Source of the DNA: an uncultured Bacillota bacterium
GTDB lineage: Bacteria; Bacillota; Limnochordia; Limnochordales; ZCTH02-B6
Length of the DNA: 64,000 bases
Direction: 5' to 3'
Assembly: GCA_937975235.1 (NCBI GenBank)
Contig: CALJUZ010000064.1
Coordinates: 9,306-73,305 of the forward strand
Shown in pieces: positions 53,440-63,917 of the stretch; position 1 is the stretch's first letter; every line of letters starts with the position of its first letter. Position numbers and translations under genes: made by a program. The notes under the pieces were generated by a model. It was given only the letters and a program-made list of their open reading frames with translations. It had not been told where the DNA came from and made no database searches.

Positions 53440-53865
53440 TTATCTTTGTCGGCGTTTGCTCTCCAAATACGTCTGCAACACGATGGCGGCGGCTACTTGA
53501 TCCACCACCCGCCGCCGGCGGGACCGCCGCATGCCGGCCGAAACCAGCAGCCGCTCGGCTTCGGCCGTCGAAAAGCGTTCGTCCCAAAATTCGACGGGAA
53601 CCCCCAAACCTTCCGCCAACCTCCGCCCAAACGCGAGCACGTACTCCGCTTCGGGTCCCAAGGTGCCGTCGGTTCGCTTGGGCAAACCGATGACGATGCG
53701 GCCGACGCCGTATCGTTCCACCAGGTCCGCCAAGGCCGCGATGACGTCCTCATCGCCGGTGTTCTCGACGAACGTCAACGCCTGCGCGGTCAATCCCAGT
53801 TCGTCGCTGACCGCGACGCCGATGCGCCGCCGGCCTACGTCAAGGCCCAAAATCCGCGGCGTCAC
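53440..53865 (-). CDS. ruvX: Holliday junction resolvase-like RuvX (YqgF)
   Basis: [24 protein letters not shown]...[18 protein letters not shown]...[15 protein letters not shown] overlap with ireB. Confidence 0.9.
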   Translation of the reverse strand: MTPRILGLDVGRRRIGVAVSDELGLTAQALTFVENTGDEDVIAALADLVERYGVGRIVIGLPKRTDGTLGPEAEYVLAFGRRLAEGLGVPVEFWDERFSTAEAERLLVSAGMRRSRRRRVVDQVAAAIVLQTYLESKRRQR

Positions 53866-54122
53866 CGATTGTGCACCAGATATGCCTTCACCAACTCCTC
53901 CAAGAGCTCCGAGCGTTCCACGCTGCGCACCAGGCTGCGGGCCTGCTTGTGGCTCGTAATATACGTCGGATCCCCTGACAGCAGGTAGCCGACGATTTGG
54001 CTGACGGGATCGTAGCCCTTCTCCTCCAGCGCTTCGAACACCTGCTTCAAAATCCGACCCGTGCGCGACACCGTTTCCTGCTCGAAGCGGAACAGCATCG
54101 TGCGATCGAGTTCCTCGCCCAT
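53862..54122 (-). CDS. ireB: IreB family regulatory phosphoprotein (UPF0297)
   Basis: From ATG 54122: [11 protein letters not shown]...[42 protein letters not shown]. Confidence 0.85.
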   Translation of the reverse strand: MGEELDRTMLFRFEQETVSRTGRILKQVFEALEEKGYDPVSQIVGYLLSGDPTYITSHKQARSLVRSVERSELLEELVKAYLVHNR

Positions 54123-54182
54123 GAACGGCCCAACCTCCTTGCCGACCCCGTTCAGTACCCCCGCGGACAAGGCGGAAGACGC

Positions 54183-56843
54183 TCAGCTCCGGGCCTGCAC
54201 GGCCTCAATCTGCTCCTGAGCCACCGCACGGGCCCGCGCCAGCGCCTCCTCCAGCTTGGCCGGGTTTTTGCCGCCGGCGCGCGCCATGTGAGGTTGTCCG
54301 CCGCCGCCGCCGTCCACCACGGCCGCGGCCTCCCGCACGATGGTTCCGGCGTGGACCCCCCGCTTCACCAGGCCCGGCGTCACCATGGCCACCAAGGAGA
54401 CTTTGCCGCCGGCGGCCGTGCCGAGAACCACCACCGCCTCGCCCAGCCGGTCGCGCAGCGCGTCGCCCATGGCCAGCAAGTCGCCGGGTTCCGTCCCTTT
54501 CACTTCGGCGGCCAGCACTTTCGCGCCGTTGACGCTCTCCGCCCGGGCCGCCAGCGCCTCCGCGTGCACGCCGGCCAGCCGCCGCTTCAGCTCGTCGCGC
54601 TCCCGCTCGAGGCTGCGCACCTGCTCCAGCATGCCGTGCACCTGCTCCCGCAGCTGCTGCGGCCCGGCCTGCAGCAGGCGCGAGAGGCTGCGCACCAGCT
54701 CGTCCTGACCCGCGATGTAGCGCCACGCCGCCTCGCCGGCTACCGCCTCGATGCGCCGCACGCCCGCGGCCACGCTGCCCTCGGAAACGATCTTGAACGG
54801 GCCGACCTCGCCACTGTTATTCATATGCGTGCCGCCGCAAAGTTCGAGACTGTAGTCGCCGATGCCCACCACCCGCACGACGTCGCCGTACTTCTCGCCG
54901 AACAGGGCTTTGGCGCCTCTCCGGCGGGCTTCCTCCAGCGGCATTTCCTCCCACGTGACGGGAAGGGCGGCCATAATTTTCTCGTTGACCAGCCGCTCGA
55001 TGGCATGCAGCTGCTCATCGGTCAGCGGCTCGAAGTGGGTGAAGTCAAACCGCAGCCGGTCCGGCGCCACCAGCGAGCCGGCCTGCTCCGCGTGTTCGCC
55101 CAGCACCCGGTGCAGCGCGGCGTGCAGCAGGTGCGTGGCCGTATGGTGCCGCTGCGTGGCGACGCGGGTTTGCTGGTCCACCGTGGCCAGAACCACGTCG
55201 TTGACCCGCAGCCGCCCCGAGGCGACGTGCGCGAAGTGCACGTACACGCCCGCCTCGTTCTTCTGCACGTCGGTCACTTCGGCCTGCCCGTCGGCGCCGG
55301 TGATGGTGCCCCGGTCGCCCACCTGACCGCCGCCTTCGGCGTAAAAGGGCGTCCGCTCCAGCACGATGAGGGCCTCCTGGCCCGCCCGGGCCTCGTCCAC
55401 GCTTTGGCCTTCCACGAACAGCGCGACGACCCGCGACTCGTCGGACAGTCTCGTGTAGCCCACGAACTCCGTGGGCGGCACGCCGTCGATGACGTCCGCC
55501 ACCGCGCCGCCGGCGCCCAGGTACGTGCCGCCGACGCGCGCCGCGCGCGCCCGCTCCCGCTGCGCGGCCATCGCCTTTTCAAACCCGTCCAGGTCCACCT
55601 CGAAGCCCCGCTCGGCGGCGATCTCCTGGGAGAGCTCCTTGGGAATGCCGAAGGTGTCGTACAGGCGGAAGACGTCCTCGCCTTTGACGACTTTTTCGCC
55701 CCGGGCCTCCAGGTCGTTCATGAGCTCGTTGAGCAGGTTGACGCCCTGGTCCAGCGTCTCCCGGAAGCGCCGCTCCTCCAGATCGATCATGTTATAAATG
55801 AAGTCCCGCCGGGACGGCAGATCCGGGTAGCCGACGGACATCTGCCGGATGACCACGTCGCTGATGTCGGCCAGCACCGCTTCCTTGATGCCCAGCTGGC
55901 GGGCGTGGCGGGCGGCCCGGCGCAGCAGCCGCCGCAGAACGTAGCCCCGGCCTTCGTTGCCGGGCACGACGCCGTCGAAGATGAGGAACGTGACGGCCCG
56001 CATATGGTCCGTGACCACCCGCAGCGACACGTCGGCGTCGGGGTTTTCGCCGTACTTCACGCCGGCCCGCTCGGCCACCGCGTCCACGATGGGCCGCACC
56101 AGATCGATGTCGAAGTTGCTGGGAACGCCCTGCAGCACCGCGGCCACGCGCTCAAGGCCCATGCCCGTGTCGATGCCCGGCCGCTCCAGCTTCGTGTACG
56201 TGCCGTCTTCGTTCTTATGAAACTCGATAAAGACCAGATTCCAAATCTCCAGATAACGCTCGCAGTCGTCGCAGCCCGGCTTGCACTCTTTGTCCGCGCA
56301 GCCGAACTCGGGGCCGCGGTCGATGTAAATCTCCGAGCACGGGCCGCACGGGCCGACGCCGATCTCCCAGAAGTTGTCCTCTTTGCCCAGGCGCACGATG
56401 CGCTCCTGGGGGACGCCGATCTCCTCATGCCAGATGCGGGCCGCCTCGTCGTCCTCCCGGTAGACGCTGACCCAAAGCCGGTCCTTGGGCACCTCCATGC
56501 GCTCGGTGACGAACTCCCACGCCCAGGCGATGGCTTCGCGCTTGAAATAGTCCCCGAACGAGAAGTTGCCCAGCATCTCGAAAAACGTGTTGTGCCGCCT
56601 GGTGTAGCCTACCTGATCGATGTCCGGCGTGCGGACGCAGCGCTGGCACGTCGTAATGCGCGGGTGCTCCGGCTTGCGCTGGCCGAGAAAGTACGGCTTG
56701 AAGGGCACCATGCCCGCCGCGGTCAGCAGCAGCGTCGGGTCGTCACGGGGCACCAGCGTCGCGCCGGGATGCACGAAATGGTCTTTTTCCTCAAAAAAAC
56801 GCAGAAACTCGCGGCGCAGTTCGTCCGCAGTCCACCGCTTCAT
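54183..56843 (-). CDS. alaS: alanine--tRNA ligase
   Basis: From ATG 56843 (after GGGAGGAAG): WTADELRREFLRFFEEKDHF.VP...FTNAGM-like core, editing-domain HTATHLLH, C-terminal DHHA1-like GGGGGQPHMA. Confidence 0.97.
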   Translation of the reverse strand: MKRWTADELRREFLRFFEEKDHFVHPGATLVPRDDPTLLLTAAGMVPFKPYFLGQRKPEHPRITTCQRCVRTPDIDQVGYTRRHNTFFEMLGNFSFGDYFKREAIAWAWEFVTERMEVPKDRLWVSVYREDDEAARIWHEEIGVPQERIVRLGKEDNFWEIGVGPCGPCSEIYIDRGPEFGCADKECKPGCDDCERYLEIWNLVFIEFHKNEDGTYTKLERPGIDTGMGLERVAAVLQGVPSNFDIDLVRPIVDAVAERAGVKYGENPDADVSLRVVTDHMRAVTFLIFDGVVPGNEGRGYVLRRLLRRAARHARQLGIKEAVLADISDVVIRQMSVGYPDLPSRRDFIYNMIDLEERRFRETLDQGVNLLNELMNDLEARGEKVVKGEDVFRLYDTFGIPKELSQEIAAERGFEVDLDGFEKAMAAQRERARAARVGGTYLGAGGAVADVIDGVPPTEFVGYTRLSDESRVVALFVEGQSVDEARAGQEALIVLERTPFYAEGGGQVGDRGTITGADGQAEVTDVQKNEAGVYVHFAHVASGRLRVNDVVLATVDQQTRVATQRHHTATHLLHAALHRVLGEHAEQAGSLVAPDRLRFDFTHFEPLTDEQLHAIERLVNEKIMAALPVTWEEMPLEEARRRGAKALFGEKYGDVVRVVGIGDYSLELCGGTHMNNSGEVGPFKIVSEGSVAAGVRRIEAVAGEAAWRYIAGQDELVRSLSRLLQAGPQQLREQVHGMLEQVRSLERERDELKRRLAGVHAEALAARAESVNGAKVLAAEVKGTEPGDLLAMGDALRDRLGEAVVVLGTAAGGKVSLVAMVTPGLVKRGVHAGTIVREAAAVVDGGGGGQPHMARAGGKNPAKLEEALARARAVAQEQIEAVQARS

Positions 56844-56905
56844 GGAGGACTTCCTCCCTCGATGAGCCGATGACGCAGTAAAATGCGCTTTTTCGTCGTT
56901 AGTTG

Positions 56906-56934
56906 ATCGTAGCAACTCGCCTGGAGAGTGTCAA
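56906..56934 (-). promoter_or_regulatory. candidate sigma-A promoter of alaS
   Basis: Minus strand reads TTGACA - 17 nt - TACGAT, about 60 nt upstream of the alaS ATG and immediately after the preceding terminator. Confidence 0.45.
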
Positions 56935-56940
56935 GCAATG

Positions 56941-56970
56941 GAAAACGGCGCAAGTTGCCCTGCGCCGTTT
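56941..56970 (-). terminator. rho-independent terminator after the small ORF
   Basis: AAACGGCGCA-GGGCAACT-TGCGCCGTTT followed by TCC. The stem starts 1 nt after the stop at 56972. Confidence 0.55.
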
Positions 56971-56971
56971 C

Positions 56972-57175
56972 TTACCGGGGACTGGCGGACTGGATGGCTT
57001 CGCTGACCCACTGCACGCCGGGGGATTTTTTCACGCGGCGGGCGGCCCGCTCCATCCGGCGGCCCATTTGGCGGGCTTCCCGCATCCACCGCCGCCGGGT
57101 GCGGGGGCTGGTGCGGCCCATCAGCCAGGCGCCGAGGGCGAAACCCGCCAAACCCCACGTCAGCTTGCGCAACAT
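56972..57175 (-). CDS. small hypothetical protein (67 aa) with N-terminal TM helix and basic tail
   Basis: ATG 57175: MLRKLTWGLAGFALGAWLMGRTSPRTRRRWMREARQMGRRMERAARRVKK... Flanked by an RBS-like GAAGGAG and a terminator. No family recognised. Confidence 0.4.
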   Translation of the reverse strand: MLRKLTWGLAGFALGAWLMGRTSPRTRRRWMREARQMGRRMERAARRVKKSPGVQWVSEAIQSASPR

Positions 57176-57275
57176 GGCTCCGTCAGCTCCTTCGGCACGG
57201 TCGTCGCGGCGCCCGCCCCTCGGGGCCGCGCGCCCACGCTGCGCCGGCGCGGCCCGCCGGCCCGGTGGGCCGGCC

Positions 57276-58529
57276 TCAGCGGGTGCCGGCCGCGATAGTA
57301 TGCCCCGCCGGCTGCCGGATGTTGCCCCCGGCCGCGGAATCGGGCAGCTGCCGGTCGATGACGCCGCCGCCGACGACGAAGTCGCCGTCGTACCACACCA
57401 CCGCCTGCCCGGGGCTGATGGCCCGCTGGGGCTCGATGAGGCGCGTGATGATCTCGCCGTTTTCGCCCGGGTAGATGACGGCGTCAGCCGGCTCCGCATT
57501 GTAGCGGATTTTCGCCTGGACGCGCACGGGCCCGTCGATGGGGCCGGTGCTGACCCAGTTCACGTCCCGCACGGCCAGCGTCGTGCCGAACACGTCGTCC
57601 TCGGTGCCCACCACCAGCGCGTTGTTTTCCTCATCGATGGCGATGACGTACAGGCGCTCGGAGCTGCTGATGCGCAGACCTTTGCGCTGGCCCACGGTGT
57701 AGAACGCGATGCCGTCGTGGGTGCCCAGGCGCTTGCCGGTCTTGTCCACGATGGGCCCCGGCTTGTGGGCTTCGGGCCGGTACTCCCGGAGGAAGCGGCG
57801 GTAGTCGTTGTCGGGAATGAAGCAGATTTCCTGGGAGTCGGGCTTGAGCCCCACGCCCAGGCCCATCTCCAGCGCCATCCGCCGAATCTCTTCCTTCGTG
57901 TAGTCGCCGCAGGGCGTCAGCGTGCGCGCCAGCTGCTCCTGGGTCTGCCCGTAAAAGGTGTACGTCTGGTCTTTGTGCGGGTCCGCGGACTTGCGCACCA
58001 CGTAGCGGCCCCGCTGGGGATCATAGCCGATGCGGGCGTAGTGGCCCGTGGCCACGTAGTCCGCGCCCAGCTCCATGGCCTTCTGCAGCAGCATGCCGAA
58101 CTTGACCTTCTGGTTGCAGATGAGGCACGGGTTGGGCGTTTCGCCCCGCAGGTACTCCTCGACGAACACGTCAATGACCGCTTCCTGGAACGGCTCCTGG
58201 AAATTGACTACGTAGTACGGAATGCCCAGCTTGTAGGCGACGCGCCGCGCGTCCTCCACCGCCGTCAGGCTGCAGCAGCCGCTCTCGGAGCGCTCGCCGA
58301 AGGGCAAATCCGAGGGCCACAGCTGCATGGTGATGCCGATGACGTCGTAACCTTCCTCTTTGAGCAGCGCCGCCGCCACCGAGCTGTCGACGCCGCCGCT
58401 CATGGCCACGACGACGCGGATTTGGTGCTTGGGCGGCGCACCGGGCGGCAGCGGCCACCCGGGCGGCAGGTCGCGGGTCGCCTTTCCGTCCCGGCGCCAA
58501 TGGGTGTTGAGCTTCTCGTTCGGCTTCAT
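57276..58529 (-). CDS. mnmA: tRNA 2-thiouridine(34) synthase MnmA
   Basis: From ATG 58529: PP-loop VVVAMSGGVDSSVAA, GCCS, TPNPCLICNQKVKF, ATGHYAR, DQTYTFY. About 35 aa N-terminal extension, so the start is uncertain. Confidence 0.95.
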   Translation of the reverse strand: MKPNEKLNTHWRRDGKATRDLPPGWPLPPGAPPKHQIRVVVAMSGGVDSSVAAALLKEEGYDVIGITMQLWPSDLPFGERSESGCCSLTAVEDARRVAYKLGIPYYVVNFQEPFQEAVIDVFVEEYLRGETPNPCLICNQKVKFGMLLQKAMELGADYVATGHYARIGYDPQRGRYVVRKSADPHKDQTYTFYGQTQEQLARTLTPCGDYTKEEIRRMALEMGLGVGLKPDSQEICFIPDNDYRRFLREYRPEAHKPGPIVDKTGKRLGTHDGIAFYTVGQRKGLRISSSERLYVIAIDEENNALVVGTEDDVFGTTLAVRDVNWVSTGPIDGPVRVQAKIRYNAEPADAVIYPGENGEIITRLIEPQRAISPGQAVVWYDGDFVVGGGVIDRQLPDSAAGGNIRQPAGHTIAAGTR

Positions 58530-58534
58530 GGCCG

Positions 58535-59716
58535 TCACTCTCCGTGCAGGAGGCGGGCGGCCGCGGCGGCGCGCCCGCGCAGTTTCTCTATCGTCTCGGC
58601 GACGATGTCCACCACCGCCGCCACGTCTTCTTCCGTCGTGTGCCTGCCCACCGTCAGGCGCAGACCCGAGGCAGCCAGCTCCTTCGGCAGCCCGACGGCC
58701 GTCAGCACGTGGGACGGCTCCAGCGATCCGGACGTGCACGCCGAACCCGCGGACGCCGCCACGCCGGCCAGGTCCAGGTTCAGCAGCAGCGACTCGCCGT
58801 CGACGCCCGGAAAGCTGAAGTGCACGTTGTTGGGCAGCCGGCGAACGGGATGGCCGTTGAGCACGGCGCCGGGGACGCGCCGGCGGATGCCGTCGATGAG
58901 CGCATCCCGCAGCCCCTCCAGCCGCGCGGCCTCGCCGGGCCGGTGGTCCAGCGCCTTCTTCAGCGCCGCGGCCAGGCCCACGATGCCCGCCACGTTTTCC
59001 GTGCCGGCCCTGAGGCCCCGCTCCTGGCCGCCGCCGTGCAGCAGCGGCTCCAGCTTGGTGCCCGTGCGCACGTACAGAACGCCGACGCCTTTCGGCCCGT
59101 ACAGCTTGTGGGCCGACAGCGCCAGCAGGTCGCAGCCGATGTCGTCGGGCCGCACCTCCAGCAGCCCCGCAGTCTGCACCGCGTCCACCAGCAGCGGCAC
59201 GCCCCGGGCCCGGGTGATGCGGGCGATTTCTTCCACCGGCTGGATGGTCCCGATTTCGTTGTTCGCGTGCATGACGGCCACCAGCGCCGTGTCGGGCCGC
59301 AGCGCTTCGGCCACCGCGACCGGGTGCACGACGCCATACTCGTCCACGGGCACCCGCGTCACCCCGAACCCTTGCCGCTCGAGAAAGGCCGCGGAGGCCA
59401 GCACCGCCTGGTGCTCCACGGCCGAGACCACCACGTGCGCGCCCCGGCCCCGCTTCCGGGCGGCGAAGGCCGCGCCTTTGACGGCCAGGTTCAGCGCCTC
59501 GGTGCCGCCGGAGGTGAAGTACACTTCGCCGGGCTTGACGTCCAGCGCTTCGGCCACCTGCACCCGCGCGTCGTCCACGGCGGCTCGCGTCAGGCGCGCC
59601 GCGGCGTAGGGCGACGACGGGTTCCCGTACCCTTCCCGCAGCCATGGAAGCATGGCCTCCAGCACGTCCGGGTCCAGCGGCGTCGTGGCCGCGTAGTCCA
59701 TGTAAATCGTCCGCAT
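58535..59716 (-). CDS. nifS: cysteine desulfurase (NifS/IscS class)
   Basis: From ATG 59716: IYMDYAATTPLDP, FTSGGTEALN, SAHKLYGPKGVG (PLP lysine), SAGSACTSG (active Cys). Confidence 0.93.
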   Translation of the reverse strand: MRTIYMDYAATTPLDPDVLEAMLPWLREGYGNPSSPYAAARLTRAAVDDARVQVAEALDVKPGEVYFTSGGTEALNLAVKGAAFAARKRGRGAHVVVSAVEHQAVLASAAFLERQGFGVTRVPVDEYGVVHPVAVAEALRPDTALVAVMHANNEIGTIQPVEEIARITRARGVPLLVDAVQTAGLLEVRPDDIGCDLLALSAHKLYGPKGVGVLYVRTGTKLEPLLHGGGQERGLRAGTENVAGIVGLAAALKKALDHRPGEAARLEGLRDALIDGIRRRVPGAVLNGHPVRRLPNNVHFSFPGVDGESLLLNLDLAGVAASAGSACTSGSLEPSHVLTAVGLPKELAASGLRLTVGRHTTEEDVAAVVDIVAETIEKLRGRAAAAARLLHGE

Positions 59717-59757
59717 CGTGTTGGGCCACCTCCCGCGTCCGCGGCCCGGGCCTACGG

Positions 59758-60210
59758 TCAGATGTAGTACACGTACTCGCTGCGCTGGGCCCGCTCTCGT
59801 TCCGCGTGGACCAAAAGCTCCGCCACGGTCATCGAGTCCAGCAGCTCCACGATCCGGCGGTTCAGCTCCCGCCACAAAAAACGCGTGCCGTATTTGGGCA
59901 CGCAGCGGGCGTCGGTGCCCAGCGGCCCGCCGTCGTCCACCCGGATCTCCACGTCGCCCTCCAGCGCTCGGAGCACGTCGCCCACCGTCATCTGCTCCGG
60001 CGGCATGGCCAGCCGGTACCCGCCCTGGGCGCCCCGGACGCTGGTGACGAACCCCGCTTTGCGCAGCACGCCCATGAGCTGCTCCAGATAGTGCTCCGAC
60101 ACTTCCTGCCGGGCGGCAATCTGCCTGAGCGGAATCGGGTCCCGCCCGCCGTGCTGCGCCAAGTCCAGCAGGGTCCGCAGGCCGTACTCGCCCCGGGTGG
60201 AAATCCGCAT
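59758..60210 (-). CDS. cymR: Rrf2 family transcriptional regulator (CymR/IscR-like)
   Basis: MRISTRGEYGLRTLLDLAQHGG..PIPLRQIAARQEVSEHYLEQLMGVLRKAGFVTSVRGAQGGYRLA. Upstream of nifS-mnmA as in B. subtilis. Confidence 0.9.
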   Translation of the reverse strand: MRISTRGEYGLRTLLDLAQHGGRDPIPLRQIAARQEVSEHYLEQLMGVLRKAGFVTSVRGAQGGYRLAMPPEQMTVGDVLRALEGDVEIRVDDGGPLGTDARCVPKYGTRFLWRELNRRIVELLDSMTVAELLVHAERERAQRSEYVYYI

Positions 60211-60263
60211 CGCGCGTTCCTCCAGTTTGCAATTCCGACTGTTCCGGTGGACTTTGCGGACTT

Positions 60264-60292
60264 ATACTAGCACGGAACGAAGGCGCCGTCAA
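60264..60292 (-). promoter_or_regulatory. candidate sigma-A promoter of the cymR-nifS-mnmA operon, with nearby CymR-box-like sequence
   Basis: Minus strand reads TTGACG - 17 nt - TAGTAT. Downstream, TCGGAATTG (60238..60230) resembles the GGAATT core of the B. subtilis CymR box as I recall it. Confidence 0.45.
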
Positions 60293-61686
60293 CGACGGCC
60301 CGCGGCGTCGGGGACCGGGCCGGGCCCGCCGCCCGAGGCGCCGCCCCGTTCCCGCAGCCGCTCCAGGCGCCGGCGGACCGCGGCCTCCTCGCCTTGGTCG
60401 CTGGGCTCGTAAAACGTCCGGCCCGCCACGTTGTCGGGCAAATACTGCTGCGGCACGTAATGGTCCGGATAGTCGTGCGGATATTTGTATCCGGCGCCGT
60501 GGCCCAGCCGTTTCGCGCCGCGGTACGATGTGTCGCGCAAATGGATCGGCACCGGCTCCCACCGCTCGGTGCGCACCGCCTCCAGCGCCCGGTCGATGGC
60601 CAAATACGCGGCGTTGCTCTTGGGCGCCGTCGCGATGTAGATGGCCGCCTGGGCCAGGGGAATCCGGGCCTCGGGCAGTCCCACGTGCTCCACGGCCTGG
60701 GCGGCCGCCACGGCCAGGGGCAGCGCCCTCGGATCCGCGTTGCCCACGTCCTCGGCCGCATGCACGATGAGCCGCCGGGCGATGGCCCGGGGATCCTCCC
60801 CCGCCTCCAGCATCCGGGCCAGCCAGTACACCGCCGCGTCCGGATCGGAGCCCCGCATGCTCTTGATAAAGGCCGACATGGTGTCGTAGTGCGCGTCGCC
60901 GTCCCCGTCGTAGACGATGGCCCGGCTCTGCATGGCCGCCCGCACCGCCTCGGCCGTGACCACGACGGGCCCGCCCGCGGGCCGGCCCTCGATGCGGGCT
61001 TGCGCGGCGGCCACCTCCACCGCGGCCTCCAGCCCGTTCAGCGCGGCGCGCGCGTCGCCGTTGGCGCCCCGGAGCAGCTCCGCGAGGGCGTCCTCCTGCA
61101 GCTCCACGGGCCGCCGGCCCAGGCCCCGCTCCTCATCAAGCAGGGCGCGCCGAATCAGCGTGGTCAGGTGCTCGTCGCTCAAAGCCTGCAGGCGCAGAAG
61201 GCGCGCCCGGGACAGCAAGGGCGCGTTGACGGAAAAGTACGGGTTCTCCGTGGTGGCGCCGATCAAGATGACGGTGCCGTCCTCCACCGCCGGCAGCAGC
61301 GCGTCTTGCTGCGCTTTGTTGAACCGGTGGATTTCGTCGATGAAAAGAATGGTGCGCCGGCCGTGAAACCGCAGGGCGTCTTTGGCCTCTTCGATGACCT
61401 TGCGGACGTCGGCCACGCCGCTGCCCACGGCGTTCAGCTTCGCAAAGCGGGACCTGGTCGTCTGCGCGATCACTTCGGCCAGCGTCGTCTTGCCCGATCC
61501 CGGCGGGCCGAACAAGATCAGCGACGGCAGCCGATCCGACTCGATGGCCACCCGCAAGGGCCGGCCGGGGCCGATGAGTTCCTCCTGGCCCACCACCTCG
61601 TCCAGCGTGCGGGGCCGCATGCGTGTGGCCAGCGGCGCCGACGCGCGGCGCGCCTCCTCGGCCGCCGCGGCAAACAAGTCACCCAT
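60289..61686 (-). CDS. rarA: replication-associated recombination protein A (RarA/MgsA AAA+ ATPase)
   Basis: From ATG 61686: RMRPRTLDEVVGQEEL, LILFGPPGSGKTTLA, LFIDEIHRFNKAQQDALLP, GATTENP, MgsA C-terminal domain (HYD..SAF.KS.RGSDPDAA.YWLARM). Confidence 0.93.
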   Translation of the reverse strand: MGDLFAAAAEEARRASAPLATRMRPRTLDEVVGQEELIGPGRPLRVAIESDRLPSLILFGPPGSGKTTLAEVIAQTTRSRFAKLNAVGSGVADVRKVIEEAKDALRFHGRRTILFIDEIHRFNKAQQDALLPAVEDGTVILIGATTENPYFSVNAPLLSRARLLRLQALSDEHLTTLIRRALLDEERGLGRRPVELQEDALAELLRGANGDARAALNGLEAAVEVAAAQARIEGRPAGGPVVVTAEAVRAAMQSRAIVYDGDGDAHYDTMSAFIKSMRGSDPDAAVYWLARMLEAGEDPRAIARRLIVHAAEDVGNADPRALPLAVAAAQAVEHVGLPEARIPLAQAAIYIATAPKSNAAYLAIDRALEAVRTERWEPVPIHLRDTSYRGAKRLGHGAGYKYPHDYPDHYVPQQYLPDNVAGRTFYEPSDQGEEAAVRRRLERLRERGGASGGGPGPVPDAAGRR

Positions 61687-61779
61687 AGCATCCACCTCGG
61701 TTCCGCCCGTGCGCCTTCCGCGCTCCGGCCGCCGGCGTCCGCTCCGGCGCCGGCCTGGCTTTACCGCCATTATGGCACA

Positions 61780-62002
61780 AAAAAACGGGAGCGTCGCTCC
61801 CGAAGAAGTACCCCGCCATGCCGCTGAACCGACCTTAATGAACCTGCGCTCAAGCAGGTGGGTGTCCTCCTGGGCGCTTGTGAGCTTCCCCGTCAGGCGA
61901 GGCCTGCTCGCCACGCCCAGAGTCCAGACTCCCAATGTAGTAGGTGTTCGGTCATTAATAGGTCCGGTTGCATGGCGCACACAGCAGGGCATGTGTGTCC
62001 GC
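61780..62002 (-). ncRNA. ssrS: 6S RNA-like small RNA
   Basis: Lies in the 431-nt aspS-rarA gap. 5' arm CGCCAUGC-AACCGGACC-..-UUAAUGACC pairs with 3' arm GGUUCAUUAA-GGUCGGUU-..-GCAUGGCG. A large asymmetric internal bubble carries an ACCUGC/GCAGGU hairpin on its 3' side, and there is a distal CUGGGCG/CGCCCAG stem. Ends in CGGGAGC-GAC-GCUCCCG plus seven U. Confidence 0.6.
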
Positions 62003-62008
62003 AACCCG

Positions 62009-62038
62009 ATCATACCACAAGGCCCGCCCGGCCGACAA
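62009..62038 (-). promoter_or_regulatory. candidate sigma-A promoter (extended -10) of the 6S-like RNA
   Basis: Minus strand reads TTGTCG - 18 nt - TATGAT with TGg directly upstream (TGGTATGAT). Confidence 0.45.
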
Positions 62039-62070
62039 CCACCCGACCGTGGCAGATCGTGACAAACGAG

Positions 62071-62105
62071 CCGGGGCGGGGCGTCTCTCGCGCCGGCCGC
62101 CCCGG
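62071..62105 (-). terminator. GC-rich hairpin after aspS (possible terminator)
   Basis: CCGGGGCGG(CC)GGCG-loop-CGCCCCGCCCCGG on the minus strand, 13 nt after the aspS stop. Followed by CTCGTTTGTC, a weak U-tract. Confidence 0.4.
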
Positions 62106-62117
62106 CAGGCCATGCGG

Positions 62118-63913
<1,796 letters not shown>

Positions 63914-63917
<4 letters not shown>

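Noticed and set aside
56844-56940. Possible T-box leader upstream of alaS.
   Set aside because: Only about 60 nt lie between the promoter-like TTGACA-17-TACGAT and the ATG. No specifier-loop or T-box (AGGGUGGNACCGCG-like) sequence or terminator/antiterminator pair is seen.
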